From assembly GCA_042408215.1 (NCBI GenBank), contig JAYFMW010000003.1:475264-539263 (forward strand): a stretch of 64,000 nucleotides of DNA. The letters are read 5' to 3'. The position numbers were made by a program, and so were the translations under genes. This stretch comes from Microcoleus sp. (GTDB taxonomy: Bacteria; Cyanobacteriota; Cyanobacteriia; Cyanobacteriales; Microcoleaceae). Positions 41,133-53,182 of this stretch are shown here, in pieces. How positions within the stretch are numbered: position 1 is the stretch's first letter; each line of letters starts with the position of its first letter. Below the pieces are notes generated by a model that saw only the letters and a program-made list of their open reading frames with translations, did not search any database and was not told where the DNA came from.

Positions 41133-43142
41133 TCAATCTAGAAAGCGCGGAGTCAAACAGTACGGACAATCCAGCATCTCCGGCTTCAATTCCGCCTGAC
41201 AAGTCTTGCAGGTCAGCCCCTGCTTGCGTTTTGCCTTCAGTTCAGCCTCCAGCCCAGAGTCTGTAAACGTCACCCGCTCGACTTCCTCAAAAGTAGTCGC
41301 GCCTTCCCGTACTAACTGCAAACTGTAAGCCAGCAAGGTTTTCATCCCTTCTTCTACTGCGGCTTCCTTAATTTGCTCTGTGGGAGCACCTTGAGTGATC
41401 AGAGTTTGCAGCCGCTCAGTATTTTTCAGGAATTCGTAAACCCCTACCCGCCCTTTGTAGCCTAGGCCTCCGCACTTCTTACACAGTTGATCCTGTTCTG
41501 CCAGTTCCTTCCTCTGCTCAACTGGTATGGTGTTGGCTTTGTAGACAGTCAGATCCACTTCTTGAGAAGCTGACAGGCCGTAGCGACCGAGTTCGATCGC
41601 AGTAGGCTGATAAGGAATGCAGCATTTGTCACAAACGCGCCGCATCAGACGCTGAGCCAACACACCCAACAAAGCCGCCGACACCATGAACGGTTCTACG
41701 CCCATTTCGTCCAAACGGGCGATCGCACCAGCCGCGTCGTTTGTGTGCAGCGTCGTCAATACCAAGTGTCCGGTCAAAGCAGCTTCCAGAGCCGTTTTCG
41801 CCGTTTCCTTGTCCCGCGTTTCCCCCACTAGCATGACATCAGGGTCTTGCCGCAAAAACGCCCGCAGAATGTTGGAAAAAGTCAAGTCTTTTTCCCGAAT
41901 TACTTGGACCTGGGTAATTCCGGGCAAAGCATATTCGATCGGGTCTTCCGCCGTACAAATGTTAATCGCCGGATCATTCTTTTCCGCCAGAATTGAATAC
42001 AGCGAAGTTGACTTACCCGAACCAGTCGGCCCCGTCACCAAAATCAGTCCGAAAGGGCGGCTGGCAGTTTCTCGAACCAAAGCCAGAGTTTCCTGATCCG
42101 AGATTAACAAACCCAGACCCAACTGAGTGCTGGAACTGTCCAAAATCCGCAGCACAATTTTTTCGCCATAGCGGGAAGGCAAGCTATTTACCCGGAAATC
42201 CACCGTCCGTCCTTCAAATACCCGGCGGATACGACCATCTTGAGCTTGTCTGCGTTCGGCAATGTCCAAATTGGCAATAATTTTGAAGCGAGCAGTAATC
42301 CCTTGCACCACTTGCTTGGGAAAACGGAAATACTCTTGCAGCACCCCGTCCTTCCGCATCCGAATCCGCATGAACTCTTCTTGAGGTTCGACGTGGATGT
42401 CAGAGACCTTTTCGGACAAAGCTTTAGCCAAAATGATGTTGACCGCTTTGATTACAGGAGCTTGCTCTACAGCATTTATGGTGTCAGCTATATCTTCTTG
42501 ATCGGAAGAAACCTCTTCTAAGGAAAGTTCGCCAAAATCTCCCTCCCCTAGGGAGAGCTTTCTCTCCTTTTCGGCTTCAGCTATTTTGGCTGCTATCTTA
42601 ACTTGCTGTTCTTGATAGGCAGAAGTAATGTCCTGATAGTCATCTGGGGTAATCACCCGCCGCTGAAAACTCAAGCTGTGAGGCTGCAAAATCCGCCGCA
42701 AATCTTCTTGAGCGTTGAGATTGTCCGGATCGACCATTGCCACCAAAACCACCGGAGGCTCAGTTTCCGTCTTCGCCACAGGTAGAAACCGACCTTGGTG
42801 ACAAATGTCGATCGAAATCTTTAACCCATCGAGCATCGCTCCGAGCTGCTCGTTAGACATTTGGCTCATCTCCGGGTCAAATGCTTCAACCCCGTACACA
42901 ATCTTGAGTTCAAACATCTGCTGCTTCTTGTAAAGCCGCAGCAATTCAGTCGGCAAAGGCAGCCCGGTAGCAGCTTCTAGTACCTCAGTCAAACGCTTGC
43001 CCGACTTCCGGCTTTCTATTTGAGCTTGCTTCAGTTGGTCGCCGTTGACGTAACCAGACTGAATCATCTTGTTGAGAGCCGGAGAAAAATTGCTCTGAGC
43101 AACTAGCGATGTGGACAGACGCCTCTGGGATGTGTTAGTCAT
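41133..43142 (-). CDS. pilB: Type IV pilus assembly ATPase with cyanobacterial C-terminal Cys motif
   Basis: GPTGSGKS, AEDPIEY, FLRQDPDVMLVGETRD; C-terminal CKTC...CPYC. Confidence 0.96.
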   Translation of the reverse strand: MTNTSQRRLSTSLVAQSNFSPALNKMIQSGYVNGDQLKQAQIESRKSGKRLTEVLEAATGLPLPTELLRLYKKQQMFELKIVYGVEAFDPEMSQMSNEQLGAMLDGLKISIDICHQGRFLPVAKTETEPPVVLVAMVDPDNLNAQEDLRRILQPHSLSFQRRVITPDDYQDITSAYQEQQVKIAAKIAEAEKERKLSLGEGDFGELSLEEVSSDQEDIADTINAVEQAPVIKAVNIILAKALSEKVSDIHVEPQEEFMRIRMRKDGVLQEYFRFPKQVVQGITARFKIIANLDIAERRQAQDGRIRRVFEGRTVDFRVNSLPSRYGEKIVLRILDSSSTQLGLGLLISDQETLALVRETASRPFGLILVTGPTGSGKSTSLYSILAEKNDPAINICTAEDPIEYALPGITQVQVIREKDLTFSNILRAFLRQDPDVMLVGETRDKETAKTALEAALTGHLVLTTLHTNDAAGAIARLDEMGVEPFMVSAALLGVLAQRLMRRVCDKCCIPYQPTAIELGRYGLSASQEVDLTVYKANTIPVEQRKELAEQDQLCKKCGGLGYKGRVGVYEFLKNTERLQTLITQGAPTEQIKEAAVEEGMKTLLAYSLQLVREGATTFEEVERVTFTDSGLEAELKAKRKQGLTCKTCQAELKPEMLDCPYCLTPRFLD

Positions 43143-43409
43143 TTACCTGAATTAACCCGCAGGATACTCCCGTTCTAGCGTCAGGGCACACCACAGGGGG
43201 ATTGCCCGTACCGGGAGAGGAAAGCGGGGCGGGGTGTGTCGCTTTCCAAGGATAAGTCTCTCTTCCGTTCTACCAAACTTACTCAAATCTGTAGGCGCAG
43301 ACTTTTGGTTGAATATGACCGCAGGATGAACAAGTTTTAGAGGATGGATAGTTGCCAGATATGGAGAAATTCATTCCTGAAAAAATCTCTCAAATTCACC
43401 GCAGTTGCT

Positions 43410-43910
43410 TTAAGTCGGGGAACCCGCCCAAGGCACTGCCTTCAGTTCATCAGGTGCGATCCTTAACGGCCAAACTACAATGGCCCGTATCCCCTGAGCT
43501 TCCACAGCATCTGGGAATACTTTTCTGACGCTCAGAGCGCAGCCCTTTTCATCAGTATTTATGCTGAGCCCAAGCTGAGAGTGGCACAATTCTCGCTCCA
43601 CTCTTTTTCCCAAATATTGTGCTTGTTTACCTGGAAGTTGATTGTCTAAGAAAGAACACTTAGACGTATAACTCTCTTCTGTTATGATAACTCGAATCTC
43701 TACCAACTCAGCTTGATAGATAAGTCGCTCAATTAATTGGGCAGTCGGAATTGATGCAAATTTTGGGGTTTCCGAAGCCAAATTAATCTGTTGCTTCCCC
43801 GCCGAATTTTGACCAATTACTAACCAGCCCATCAGGGACACTCTTAAATAATTGATCGTCAGCCCCGAAGCATTATGTCAATAGTTATTAAATTTACAGT
43901 TGCGATTTGC
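43410..43910 (-). pseudogene. Degenerate tnpB 3' remnant
   Basis: LVIGQN...KQQINL...YQAELVEIRVIITEESYTSKCSFLD...GKRVER resembles the C-terminal half of the TnpB at 7402; in-frame stop upstream. Confidence 0.8.
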
Positions 43911-44201
43911 GGTTAACTTTGCGGACAGAATGGATAGAGAGATTGGAATGAAGGCATTAATATTTGGTTCAAATCTCTCAACGCATTGGTTGACCGAAAG
44001 CAATTGGGTCTCTTGCCCCCGGATTCATTCCTTCGTAGACTGACTGACGGGGGAGCCTCTCAAATCTCAAATCTCAAATCCATTGACCTCAGTCCCAAGC
44101 TAGATGATGCTCAAGACACAGTAGATTTGGCTAATTGTTGCCAGAATTTACTGGGTTAAAATCATCTGCTAGAATTGATAGGGTTCTGTAGCGCAGCTTT
44201 T

Positions 44202-45005
44202 ATGATTGAAGAGGAAAAACAGCAGTATCAAGATCCTAACTCAACTGGGGAAACCCCTGAGAGTTCGAGTCAGGCCAGCGAAAATCCAACGGCATCTGCC
44301 AACTCACCAGCCAACTCCAACGCTGCAGCCGATTGGGAGCTAGAACTTGCTCAAGCTTACCAAAGTGCTCAGACCGATCGCACGCCAGAAGCCACATCAG
44401 GGGCGCCTGGCACCGGCAGTGACCGCATCAGCCTGGTGGCTGATGCCCAGGAGTTGTTAAACAAGGAACTGGCACAAGCAATAGATGAAAAAGAGGCTTT
44501 AAAAACTAAGTTGCAAGCCTCGATCGCTCAAATAGAAGATCTGAAAAATCAAAATCTGCGCCTAGCAGCAGATTTTGACAACTTCCGTAGGCGCACGCAA
44601 AAGGAAAAAGAAGAGTTAGATGTACAGGTAAGGTGTGCCACTGTTAAACCGCTGTTGCCAGTAATCGACAATTTTGAGCGTGCTCGATCGCACCTCAAGC
44701 CGCAAACCGACGGCGAAATGAATATGCACAAAAGCTACCAAAGTGTTTACAAGCAAATGGTAGAAGGCCTCAAGCAAATCGGGGTTTCTCCGATGCGCCC
44801 CGAAGGCGAACAGTTTGACCCCAACCTCCACGAAGCTTTGCTCAGCGAACCTACTTCTGAGCACGAGGAAGGAACAATCATCCAAGAATTAGAACGGGGC
44901 TATACTCTGGGCGATCGCGTCTTGCGGCACGCCAAAGTGAAAGTTGCAGCGGCTGGGCTATCCGTGGTAGCCTCAGATGAAAATCCCGATAGTTCGGATA
45001 GTTAA
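44202..45005 (+). CDS. grpE: Nucleotide exchange factor GrpE
   Basis: [48 protein letters not shown]. Confidence 0.96.
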   Translation: MIEEEKQQYQDPNSTGETPESSSQASENPTASANSPANSNAAADWELELAQAYQSAQTDRTPEATSGAPGTGSDRISLVADAQELLNKELAQAIDEKEALKTKLQASIAQIEDLKNQNLRLAADFDNFRRRTQKEKEELDVQVRCATVKPLLPVIDNFERARSHLKPQTDGEMNMHKSYQSVYKQMVEGLKQIGVSPMRPEGEQFDPNLHEALLSEPTSEHEEGTIIQELERGYTLGDRVLRHAKVKVAAAGLSVVASDENPDSSDS

Positions 45006-45139
45006 TCGGCATACAAGCTACTGCAAGTCCGAGGGATGAAGCAGGGGGTCTGGTTCAAAATAAAGAAACGTTGCAGCGCGATCGTCCCAAAAGTATCGAT
45101 TGCCTCAACGCTTCAAATTGCACACGCTTGAGAGGCGCT

Positions 45140-47260
45140 ATGGGAAAAGTCATTGGGATTGACTTAGGCACAACCAACAGTTGCGTAGCTGTGTTAGAAG
45201 GCGGTAAACCCGTCGTGATCGCCAATTCCGAGGGCGGTCGCACAACTCCGAGCATCGTAGGATTTGGGAAAGGGGGCGATCGCTTAGTAGGTCAACTAGC
45301 CAAGCGACAAGCTGTAACGAATGCAGTAAATACCGTCTACAGCATCAAACGATTTATCGGACGGCGGTGGGAGGACACGGAAGAAGAAAGATCCCGGACT
45401 CCCTATACCTGCATTAAAGGCAAAGACGAAACCGTTAACGTCAAGATTCGGAACAGGGTTCATACCCCCCAGGAAATCTCGGCAATGATACTCCAAAGGC
45501 TGAAGCAGGATGCAGAAGCTTATTTGGGGCAAACTGTCACCCAAGCGGTGATTACTGTTCCGGCTTACTTCACAGACGCCCAGCGGCAAGCTACTAAAGA
45601 CGCCGGTACGATCGCAGGTTTAGAAGTCCTGCGAATCGTCAACGAACCGACAGCGGCCGCCCTTTCCTACGGCTTGGACAAACAAAATATCGAACAAAAA
45701 ATCTTGGTATTTGACCTCGGCGGCGGTACTTTCGATGTTTCGATATTGCAACTGGGAGATGGAATTTTTGAGGTCAATGCCACAAGCGGCAATAACCATC
45801 TCGGAGGGGATGACTTTGACAACTGCATAGTCCAGTGGCTGGTTGAAGCTTTCCGCACTCAAGAAGGCGGTGACCTGTCAACGGATAAAATGGCTTTGCA
45901 GCGCCTCCGAGAGGCTGCGGAAAAGGCGAAAATAGAACTTTCTAACCGGGAATTGACTTCAATTAATTTGCCGTTCATTTCCTCTGACGCTAAAGGGCCG
46001 AAGCATCTGGAAATGGATCTCTCAAGGGCTCAGTTTGAAAAACTGGTGGCTCATTTGGTGCAAGCGACGATCGACCCGGTGACTCAAGCCCTCAAGGACG
46101 GAGGTTTGACGCCGAAAGATATCGATCGAATTATTTTAGTAGGAGGATCAACCCGGATTCCGGCAGTTCAAGAGGCAATTAGCAAGTATTTTGGCGGAGT
46201 GTCTCCCGATAAATCGGTGAATCCTGACGAAGCTGTGGCGGTAGGTGCGGCAATTCAAGCAGGGGTGTTGGGTGGCGAGGTCAAAGACTTGCTGCTGCTG
46301 GATGTGACTCCTCTCTCCCTGGGTCTCGAAACCTTGGGCGGGGTGTTCACTAGGGTAATTGAGCGCAATACTACTATCCCAACTAGCAAAACGCAAATGT
46401 ACAGCACGGCGGTAGATGGGCAAACTTCGGTAGAAATTCACGCGCTTCAAGGCGAACGGGCATTAGTCAAAGATAACAAAAGTCTGGGCAAGTTCCTGCT
46501 CAAAGGCATTCCCCCAGCCCCCCGTGGCGTACCTCAAATTGAAGTTACCTTTGAAATCGATGCCAATGGCATTCTCAAAGTGGCTGCGGTTGACCAGGGA
46601 ACCGGAAAGGAACAAAGCATCCAAATTAGCAGCACGGGCGGATTGAGCGAAACCGAAGTCGAGCGGATGCGCCAAGAGGCTGAACTTTACGCTGATGAAG
46701 ATCTCAAGCGCGCCCAACTGGTCGAACTCAAAATTCAAGCTGACTCGCTGATCTATAATTGTGGTGTCACCTTAAAAACCAATGGGCAATTGCTGGGCGA
46801 CGACCTCAAAGCGGAAGCGAAGCAAGCAGCAGTAGCCTTGCGGGCGACTTCTGCTAAGCCCGACATTACTGGGGATGAACTCGCTCTTCAAATCGAATCT
46901 TTCAAGCAAATGCTGTACTCCCTTGGCTCTGCGGTTTACGATCTGGCCCGCAGCGGAGCAGTCCCATCCTCGACTGCGGTTGAAAGTGAGATGATGCCAG
47001 AAGTAGAGGATGTCGCAGCTACCGATGACAGCATCTTGCTGAAAGAGATCCTTCCCAAGGGTGAGGAGGTGATGGCCCAGGAACCACAGCCGGAACCACA
47101 GCCGGAACCACAGCCGGAACGACAGCCGGAACGACAGCCGGAACGACAGCCGGAACGACAGCCGGAACGACAGCCGGAACGACAGCCGGAACGACAACTG
47201 TCAAAACCAAAACCGATGGTTCCCGAACCTGACGTTGACGATATGAATCCTTTCGTTTAG
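45140..47260 (+). CDS. dnaK: Hsp70 chaperone DnaK (paralog with extended C-terminal tail)
   Basis: [41 protein letters not shown]; start ATG 45140. Confidence 0.97.
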   Translation: MGKVIGIDLGTTNSCVAVLEGGKPVVIANSEGGRTTPSIVGFGKGGDRLVGQLAKRQAVTNAVNTVYSIKRFIGRRWEDTEEERSRTPYTCIKGKDETVNVKIRNRVHTPQEISAMILQRLKQDAEAYLGQTVTQAVITVPAYFTDAQRQATKDAGTIAGLEVLRIVNEPTAAALSYGLDKQNIEQKILVFDLGGGTFDVSILQLGDGIFEVNATSGNNHLGGDDFDNCIVQWLVEAFRTQEGGDLSTDKMALQRLREAAEKAKIELSNRELTSINLPFISSDAKGPKHLEMDLSRAQFEKLVAHLVQATIDPVTQALKDGGLTPKDIDRIILVGGSTRIPAVQEAISKYFGGVSPDKSVNPDEAVAVGAAIQAGVLGGEVKDLLLLDVTPLSLGLETLGGVFTRVIERNTTIPTSKTQMYSTAVDGQTSVEIHALQGERALVKDNKSLGKFLLKGIPPAPRGVPQIEVTFEIDANGILKVAAVDQGTGKEQSIQISSTGGLSETEVERMRQEAELYADEDLKRAQLVELKIQADSLIYNCGVTLKTNGQLLGDDLKAEAKQAAVALRATSAKPDITGDELALQIESFKQMLYSLGSAVYDLARSGAVPSSTAVESEMMPEVEDVAATDDSILLKEILPKGEEVMAQEPQPEPQPEPQPERQPERQPERQPERQPERQPERQPERQLSKPKPMVPEPDVDDMNPFV
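47081..47196 (+). repeat. In-frame 12-bp tandem repeat CAGCCGGAAC(C/G)A (QPEP/QPER), about 9 units
   Basis: Directly visible in the dnaK tail. Confidence 0.9.
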
Positions 47261-47390
47261 AAATTCAAACCTAAAAATTAAAAGTTAAATATTCCGATCG
47301 CTCGATCGTTCATTAATTTTTAATTGCAAAAAAGGTGAATAGTTTCTTTTCCGTACTCTTTTTGTTATTTACCTCCAGGCAAGCAGCTCT

Positions 47391-48527
47391 ATGGCCGGCG
47401 ATTATTATGAAATATTAGGCGTTGCTCGCAGCGCAGACAAAGAAGAAATTAAGCGTGCCTACCGCCGCCTAGCTCGGAAGTATCATCCAGATGTCAACAA
47501 AGAATCTGGTGCCGAGGAGCGGTTTAAAGAAATCAACCGCGCCTACGAAGTTCTCTCAGAACCGGAAACCCGCGCCCGCTTCGACCGATTCGGCGAAGCT
47601 GGTGTGACTGGTGCAGCGGCTCCGGGCTTCCAAGACTTCGGCGACAGCTTTGCCGATATTTTTGAAAGCTTCTTTCAGGGTTTTCAGGGAGGGGCGGGCG
47701 GCCAACAGCAACAACAGCAAGGTCGCAGGCGCAGCGGGCCCGTGCGCGGAGACGACCTGCGGCTGGACTTGCGGCTGGAGTTTCGCGAAGCAGTGTTTGG
47801 TGGGGAAAAAGAACTCCGCATCAAGCACCTAGAAACCTGCGAAACTTGCAGTGGTACCGGTGCCAAACCGGGAACTAGACCCCAAACTTGCTCGACTTGC
47901 AGCGGCGGTGGCCAAGTCCGCCGCGCTACCCGCACGCCCTTCGGCAGTTTTACTCAAGTTTCAGTTTGCCCTACCTGCAACGGCACTGGGCAAGTGATTG
48001 AGGACAAGTGCGAAACTTGTGGCGGCCGGGGCCAAAAAGAAGTGATGAAAAAGCTGAAAATTACTATCCCGGCGGGGGTTGACAACGGTACTCGTTTGCG
48101 CGTTTCCAATGAAGGGGATGCTGGCAAACTGGGCGGGCCGCCTGGGGATTTGTACGTGTTCTTGGCTGTGAATGAAGACGCTCTATTTAAGCGGGACGGG
48201 ATTAACGTTAACTCGGAAGTTAAGATTAGTTACTTGCAAGCAATTTTGGGCTGCCGCTTGGAGGTAGAAACCGTAGACGGGCCGACGGAATTGTTGATTC
48301 CAGCCGGAACTCAGCCGAATACTGTTCTGACTCTGGAGAAAAAAGGGGTGCCTCGGTTGGGAAATCCAGTCAGTCGGGGCGACCATTTGATCGCTGTGTC
48401 TATTGATATTCCCACTAAGGTGACGCCAGAGGAGCGGGAGTTGCTGATGCACCTTGCTAAGCTGAAGGGCGATCGTACTGGGAAAGGTGGCTTGGAAGGA
48501 TTTCTGGGACATTTGTTTCAGAAATAA
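47391..48527 (+). CDS. dnaJ: Class A co-chaperone DnaJ
   Basis: J domain HPD, four CxxCxGxG repeats, DnaJ_C. Confidence 0.97.
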   Translation: MAGDYYEILGVARSADKEEIKRAYRRLARKYHPDVNKESGAEERFKEINRAYEVLSEPETRARFDRFGEAGVTGAAAPGFQDFGDSFADIFESFFQGFQGGAGGQQQQQQGRRRSGPVRGDDLRLDLRLEFREAVFGGEKELRIKHLETCETCSGTGAKPGTRPQTCSTCSGGGQVRRATRTPFGSFTQVSVCPTCNGTGQVIEDKCETCGGRGQKEVMKKLKITIPAGVDNGTRLRVSNEGDAGKLGGPPGDLYVFLAVNEDALFKRDGINVNSEVKISYLQAILGCRLEVETVDGPTELLIPAGTQPNTVLTLEKKGVPRLGNPVSRGDHLIAVSIDIPTKVTPEERELLMHLAKLKGDRTGKGGLEGFLGHLFQK

Positions 48528-48727
48528 GTAAGCAAAAAAATGTGTCCAATTGGACACATTTTTTCCCAAAATAATCATCTGTTTCCATCCATCCGTTATC
48601 TCGTTTCCGGTTGCATCGGTATTGTTCAAACAGTCAACAGTTAACAGTCACCTGACGATGCAACCGGAATTGATCTTACATCCGTTACATCCGTTACAGA
48701 ATCCGTTGCCGAACTTCCTTCAGCATT

Positions 48728-49015
48728 ATGAATTCAACATCGACAATTGAAAATCCCCAACCCCCAGATGCTCAGCTCGATCTGCGGGGTACGCCCTGCC
48801 CGATCAATTTTGTCCGTACTAAACTGCGGTTGGAGCAAATGCCTCCGGGAGCAGTTTTGGAGGTTTGGCTGGACGCTGGGGAGCCGATCGAACAAGTACC
48901 TGATAGTCTGAAAATGGAAGGCTACCAGATTCTGCAAACCCAATTTGTGGCTTCTGAGGATAATTCGGGCTTTTTTGCGATGAAAGTGCAGCGACCTGAG
49001 CAGGAAGAAGGATGA
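48728..49015 (+). CDS. TusA/SirA-family sulfur carrier protein
   Basis: LDLRGTPCPINFVRTKL motif. Confidence 0.9.
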   Translation: MNSTSTIENPQPPDAQLDLRGTPCPINFVRTKLRLEQMPPGAVLEVWLDAGEPIEQVPDSLKMEGYQILQTQFVASEDNSGFFAMKVQRPEQEEG

Positions 49016-50201
49016 GCCGGGATTCCTCCTTGATTACGGGTACTGTTGTGGCTGTTCAGGCTAACTTCTATCAAGTGAGGTTAGATCCAGATGTCAGCAC
49101 TGACGGGGAAAATCCTCTCTTGAGCGGATCTGCCAATTCTCCTGTGTACTCGCCGCACTAGACTGAAAAAAATTGGTCAACAAGTGATGGTGGGCGATCG
49201 CGTGGTGGTAGAAGAACCGGACTGGACTGACTGCCGGGGTGTCGTTTCTCAAGTGTTTCCCCGCCAAACAGAACTTAACCGCCCGCCTGTAGCTAATGCC
49301 GATCGCATTCTCCTGGTTTTTGCTCTCACTGAACCGGATTTAGACCCCGCATCATTAACTCGGTTTTTAGTCAAGGCCGAATCTACCGGTTTAGAGGTGA
49401 GTTTGTGTCTCAACAAATGCGATTTGGTCACGGCCGAGCATTTGGAACAGTGGCGCGATCGGCTTTCAAGTTGGGGCTACGAACCCATGTTTATTAGCGT
49501 GCGTAGCGGCTCAGGAATCAACAAGGAAACCGCCACCAACAGTCAAAATGACGTTTTTGCCTCGAAATCGGCTAACCCCACTTTATCAGGGCAAAATAGA
49601 TAGATCCCTTCTGCCTTCTGCCTTCTCTCTCCAAAGTCACCTGCAAGGCAAAATAACGGTAATTTGTGGCCCTTCTGGGGTGGGTAAGTCCAGCTTGATC
49701 AACCAACTGATTCCGGCGCTGAATCTGCGAGTGAGTGCTGTTTCCGGGAAACTCGGCCGCGGGCGACACACGACTCGCCATGTAGAACTGTTTGAACTCC
49801 CCGGTGGCGGGCTGTTGGCCGATACTCCGGGGTTCAATCAGCCGGCACTCGAATGCGAACCGTCTGAGTTAGCGGCATATTTCCCAGAAGCGCGCCAGAG
49901 GCTGGCTTTGGGTAGTTGCCAGTTTAGCGACTGTTCGCACTCCTGTGAGCCTAACTGTGTCGTGCGGGGCGATTGGGAGCGCTACGAGTATTATTTGCAG
50001 TTTCTCTCTGAGGCGATCGTCCGTCAGCAACAAGAGCTAAACTCTAGTAGTGCGGAGGCGAGTTTGAAGCAGCAAACTAAGTCTGATGGTACGCAGCAAT
50101 ATGAACCGAAGCTGCAAACTAAAAAATATCGTCGTTCTTCCCGTCGCGTTGAACATCAGTCGCTGCAAGATATGTGTCAAGACGACTTAGATGAGGTTTG
50201 A
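49012..50201 (+). pseudogene. rsgA: Ribosome small-subunit GTPase RsgA, split over three reading frames
   Basis: 49012-49161 GTVVAVQANFYQV; next frame LLCTRRTRLKK...VGDRV...RPPVAN...NKCD; third frame GPSGVGKSSLIN, GRHTTRHV, DTPG, CQFSDCSH..EPNC. Confidence 0.8.
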
Positions 50202-50255
50202 GGAATTAGTCGATCGCGATCGGTCGATCGGCTCCAGAACAGGGTAAATTAATAG

Positions 50256-50730
50256 GTGACATACTCCCACGCTGACGCAAGCTTACAGCGTGGGCTGCTG
50301 GGCCAATCCAGCTATTGCTTCGGAGGCGCTGAGCTTTGTTTTAAGTCCACGGAATGCCCTACCGCAGACTATGCAATTTCTTACCTTGTACCCTACAAAT
50401 TTTACTGTCCTGGATGAAGTGCTGGCTGATTCGCGCTATCGGACAAACCCGAAGGGAATTTGTATTCATCAAGATGTGCCTACTTACTTTCATGCTGTGC
50501 AACGGAGTCGCTTACCAATAATCATGATGCTACTGGGCAGAGGCTTATCAGACACCAATGAGGGTGAAGTTAACCAATACTATTGTATCAGAAAACCCGG
50601 AAGATTAATACTTTGCTCGTTTCCGACCTGTTCCCCTTCCTCGAGGAAAGCATTGGTCGGGGAAATGTCGTCAACTCGCTCGTAATTCATCTCATCACCT
50701 CCCTTCGGGTAGGTGAGAGGCTTCTTACTG
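50256..50730 (-). mobile_element. ORF-less IS200/IS605-type element (non-autonomous)
   Basis: Minus strand ends GCCCACGCTG...CAGCGTGGGAGTATGTCAC (right-end-like hairpin + TCAC) and begins AAGAAGCCTCTCACCT...AGGTGATGAGATGAATT (left-end-like hairpin). Confidence 0.6.
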
Positions 50731-50817
50731 TTTCAGCTAAAATTAAATGACCTTAAATTTCTTAAAAAAAGTACAACAGAAGTATCAGTTAGCAGGTTAT
50801 GCGGGAGTGAAAATACT

Positions 50818-51603
50818 GTGAATATTCAAGAACTGTTTCAAAAAGGTGGGCCCGCCATGTACCCCCTGTTGGTGCTGTCCATTCTATCTGTAAGTACAAT
50901 TATCGAGCGCTTGTGGTTCTGGGCGAGCCTCCTCACCAAGGAAAAGCAAATAGTCAACCGCATCCTCGATGCCGCTCGCAGCGATTGGGGCGCTGCTAAC
51001 GAGATTGCTAGACAAGCTAACCGACAGCCGATCGGGCGATTTCTGTCTGCACCCCTGCGGCTGTACAATCCTGAACCAGAATTATTTCGACTCGCACTCG
51101 AAGCTGCTGCTGATGAAGAGTTGGCTTCTATGCGCCGCGGCGACAAAATCTTAGAGTCTGTAATTGCTCTGGCTCCTTTGTTGGGCTTGCTGGGAACTGT
51201 TTTGGGTTTGATTAACTCCCTGAGTTCGATCCGGCTGGGCGACATCGGTACTGCGGCAACAACTGGCGTGACTTTGGGGATTAGCGAAGCGCTGATTACT
51301 ACGGCTACTGGGATGGTAGTAGCAATTTTTACCTTGGTGTTTTATCGGATATTTCAAGCTTTTTTGTTTAACCAGGCAAAAATTTTTCGCAAGGCGGGAA
51401 ATGAAATGGAATTGCTCTACAGGCAATACTGGCCTACTGCTAATGCTAAGGGTCGATCTTCGAGTGCTGAAGACAGCAATTCTTCCTTTGGTTCAGATGG
51501 ATTGAACAGGCATTCCCTCAATTCTAAAGAATCTGGAAAAGGGAATCGAGAGCCTAAATTGAAAGGTTCAGATCCGGCGGGCGATTCCACTTCTAATAAT
51601 TAA
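50818..51603 (+). CDS. exbB: MotA/TolQ/ExbB proton channel protein
   Basis: KGGPAMYPL...[28 protein letters not shown]; likely GTG start. Confidence 0.9.
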   Translation: MNIQELFQKGGPAMYPLLVLSILSVSTIIERLWFWASLLTKEKQIVNRILDAARSDWGAANEIARQANRQPIGRFLSAPLRLYNPEPELFRLALEAAADEELASMRRGDKILESVIALAPLLGLLGTVLGLINSLSSIRLGDIGTAATTGVTLGISEALITTATGMVVAIFTLVFYRIFQAFLFNQAKIFRKAGNEMELLYRQYWPTANAKGRSSSAEDSNSSFGSDGLNRHSLNSKESGKGNREPKLKGSDPAGDSTSNN

Positions 51604-51617
51604 AAAATCTCGAACTA

Positions 51618-52244
51618 ATGAAAATTAATCTAGACACTTCTACTGAAGAAACTCGGATTGAACTGGTGCCTTTAATTGACGTGATCTTTTGCATTCTGAC
51701 GTTTTTTCTGCTGGCGGCTTTACAACTAACTCGCCAGCAAGCGATTAATGTCGATTTGCCTAAAGCCAAAACGGGACAAACCCAGATGCGAGAGATGCTG
51801 ATTGTCAGCATTGACGATTTTGGCCAAACTTATATTGACCAATTACCTGTTAATTACCAACAGCTCGATCGAGTTTTAAAGAGTTTCCAAACCAAAAATC
51901 CTGCGGGGTTGATGGTGCTGTACGCTCCTCAAAATGCTAGATATGCCAAAGTTGTCGAGGTTTTGGACAAATTGCGAGAGGTAGGGGGCGAGCGAGTGGC
52001 CCTAGCAACTCTTCCTAGTTCGGCTTCATCCCCGCAACCAAATCCCTCGTTTCCCAATTCTGGCATTCCCGCCGCACCCCCCACGGGCAATCTGACTCAA
52101 CCGCTACAGTCTCCTGTGGCAAATCCTTTGAACCCTAGCCAACCTCAGTTTCAAGTACCACCGCAGCAGCAACAGTTCAATCCGAATCAGTTTCAATCCC
52201 CTCTACCTGCTCCTGGCCAGCCTAGCAACTCTGGGGCAAATTAG
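51618..52244 (+). CDS. exbD: Biopolymer transporter ExbD with Pro/Gln-rich tail
   Basis: IELVPLIDVIFCILTFF, INVDLP. Confidence 0.92.
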   Translation: MKINLDTSTEETRIELVPLIDVIFCILTFFLLAALQLTRQQAINVDLPKAKTGQTQMREMLIVSIDDFGQTYIDQLPVNYQQLDRVLKSFQTKNPAGLMVLYAPQNARYAKVVEVLDKLREVGGERVALATLPSSASSPQPNPSFPNSGIPAAPPTGNLTQPLQSPVANPLNPSQPQFQVPPQQQQFNPNQFQSPLPAPGQPSNSGAN

Positions 52245-52502
52245 TCATGGGGCCAGGGGCCAGGGGCATGGGGCCAGGGGCATGGGGCATTAATCTGCCT
52301 AGTGACTAATGACTACTGACTAATGACTTCTTCCTTGAGAATTTGGTATAAATGGCTGCAATTATTTTGGTTCCTACTGAGCTTTTTTTCTCTTGACAAG
52401 TAGTTACATTGATATATATGTCTACAGAAGGAACTTTTGTAGGCCGATCGCCATCTCTATCCATAAGTTATTTCTTGCGAAAGATGGCAAATTTGTCAAA
52501 TC

Positions 52503-52520
52503 ATTGTTACCTTTTGTAAT
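52503..52520 (-). promoter_or_regulatory. Possible HLR1 (RpaB) direct-repeat site upstream of nblA
   Basis: Minus strand ATTACAAA-AG-GTAACAAT approximates (G/T)TTACA(A/T)(A/T)-N2 repeats; imperfect match. Confidence 0.3.
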
Positions 52521-52647
52521 ATAGCTAAAGCGAGAAGGGCTTTAGGTCATCCTGAAACCGACTGGCGATCGCAGAAACAATTTACAAATCTGGTTAATCC
52601 AGGTTTGGACTTTCAAGTCACCTTTACTCGTCAAGGAGTCATGCGTC

Positions 52648-52845
52648 ATGAACCAACCAGCAGAATTGTCTTTGGAACAGCAATTTAGCCTGTGTTCCTT
52701 CAAAACACAGGTAAGTGACATGAGCCGCGAGCAAGCCCAGGAGTTTTTGGTCAAGCTCTACGAACAAATGATGCTCCGGGAAACCATGTACCGCCATTTT
52801 CTCAAACACCACTGGGGGCTAGAACCCAACCCGGGCCTTGAATAA
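52648..52845 (+). CDS. nblA: Phycobilisome degradation adaptor NblA
   Basis: LSLEQQF...MSREQAQEFLVKLYEQMM. Confidence 0.95.
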   Translation: MNQPAELSLEQQFSLCSFKTQVSDMSREQAQEFLVKLYEQMMLRETMYRHFLKHHWGLEPNPGLE

Positions 52846-53182
52846 CCTAGAGTCGCAGTCGGCGACCTCCGTCTCTTACTCTGTTCCTGATGTGGAAAGG
52901 AGTTGGGGGTGATGGGGCGTCACTCGAAGGCACTAATCTCAAATCTCAAATCTCAAATAGTCTCGGCAATAGTGCGATCGACTGTCGCAGGAGAGCGCAA
53001 CTATAATTTAGCGCTGGGAGGCTCAAAAATTTGATAATTTTTGAGAATAACTGTAAACTTTTGAACAAATTAATATATTTTTGTAAGCATCGCGCTAGTC
53101 GGACTGCTGAGGGCGACCTCCGACTAGCAAAACCTTCATTTTTTCAAACCCTAGAATTTGCCAGGGTAACTCTGAAAACGAG

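Noticed and set aside
40083..47210. Numerous antisense and alternative-frame ORFs over pilT, pilB and dnaK
   Set aside because: Shadow ORFs of well-conserved genes with no independent coding signal
50290..50685. 131-aa plus-strand ORF
   Set aside because: Lies wholly within the ORF-less IS-like element and shows no protein-like motifs
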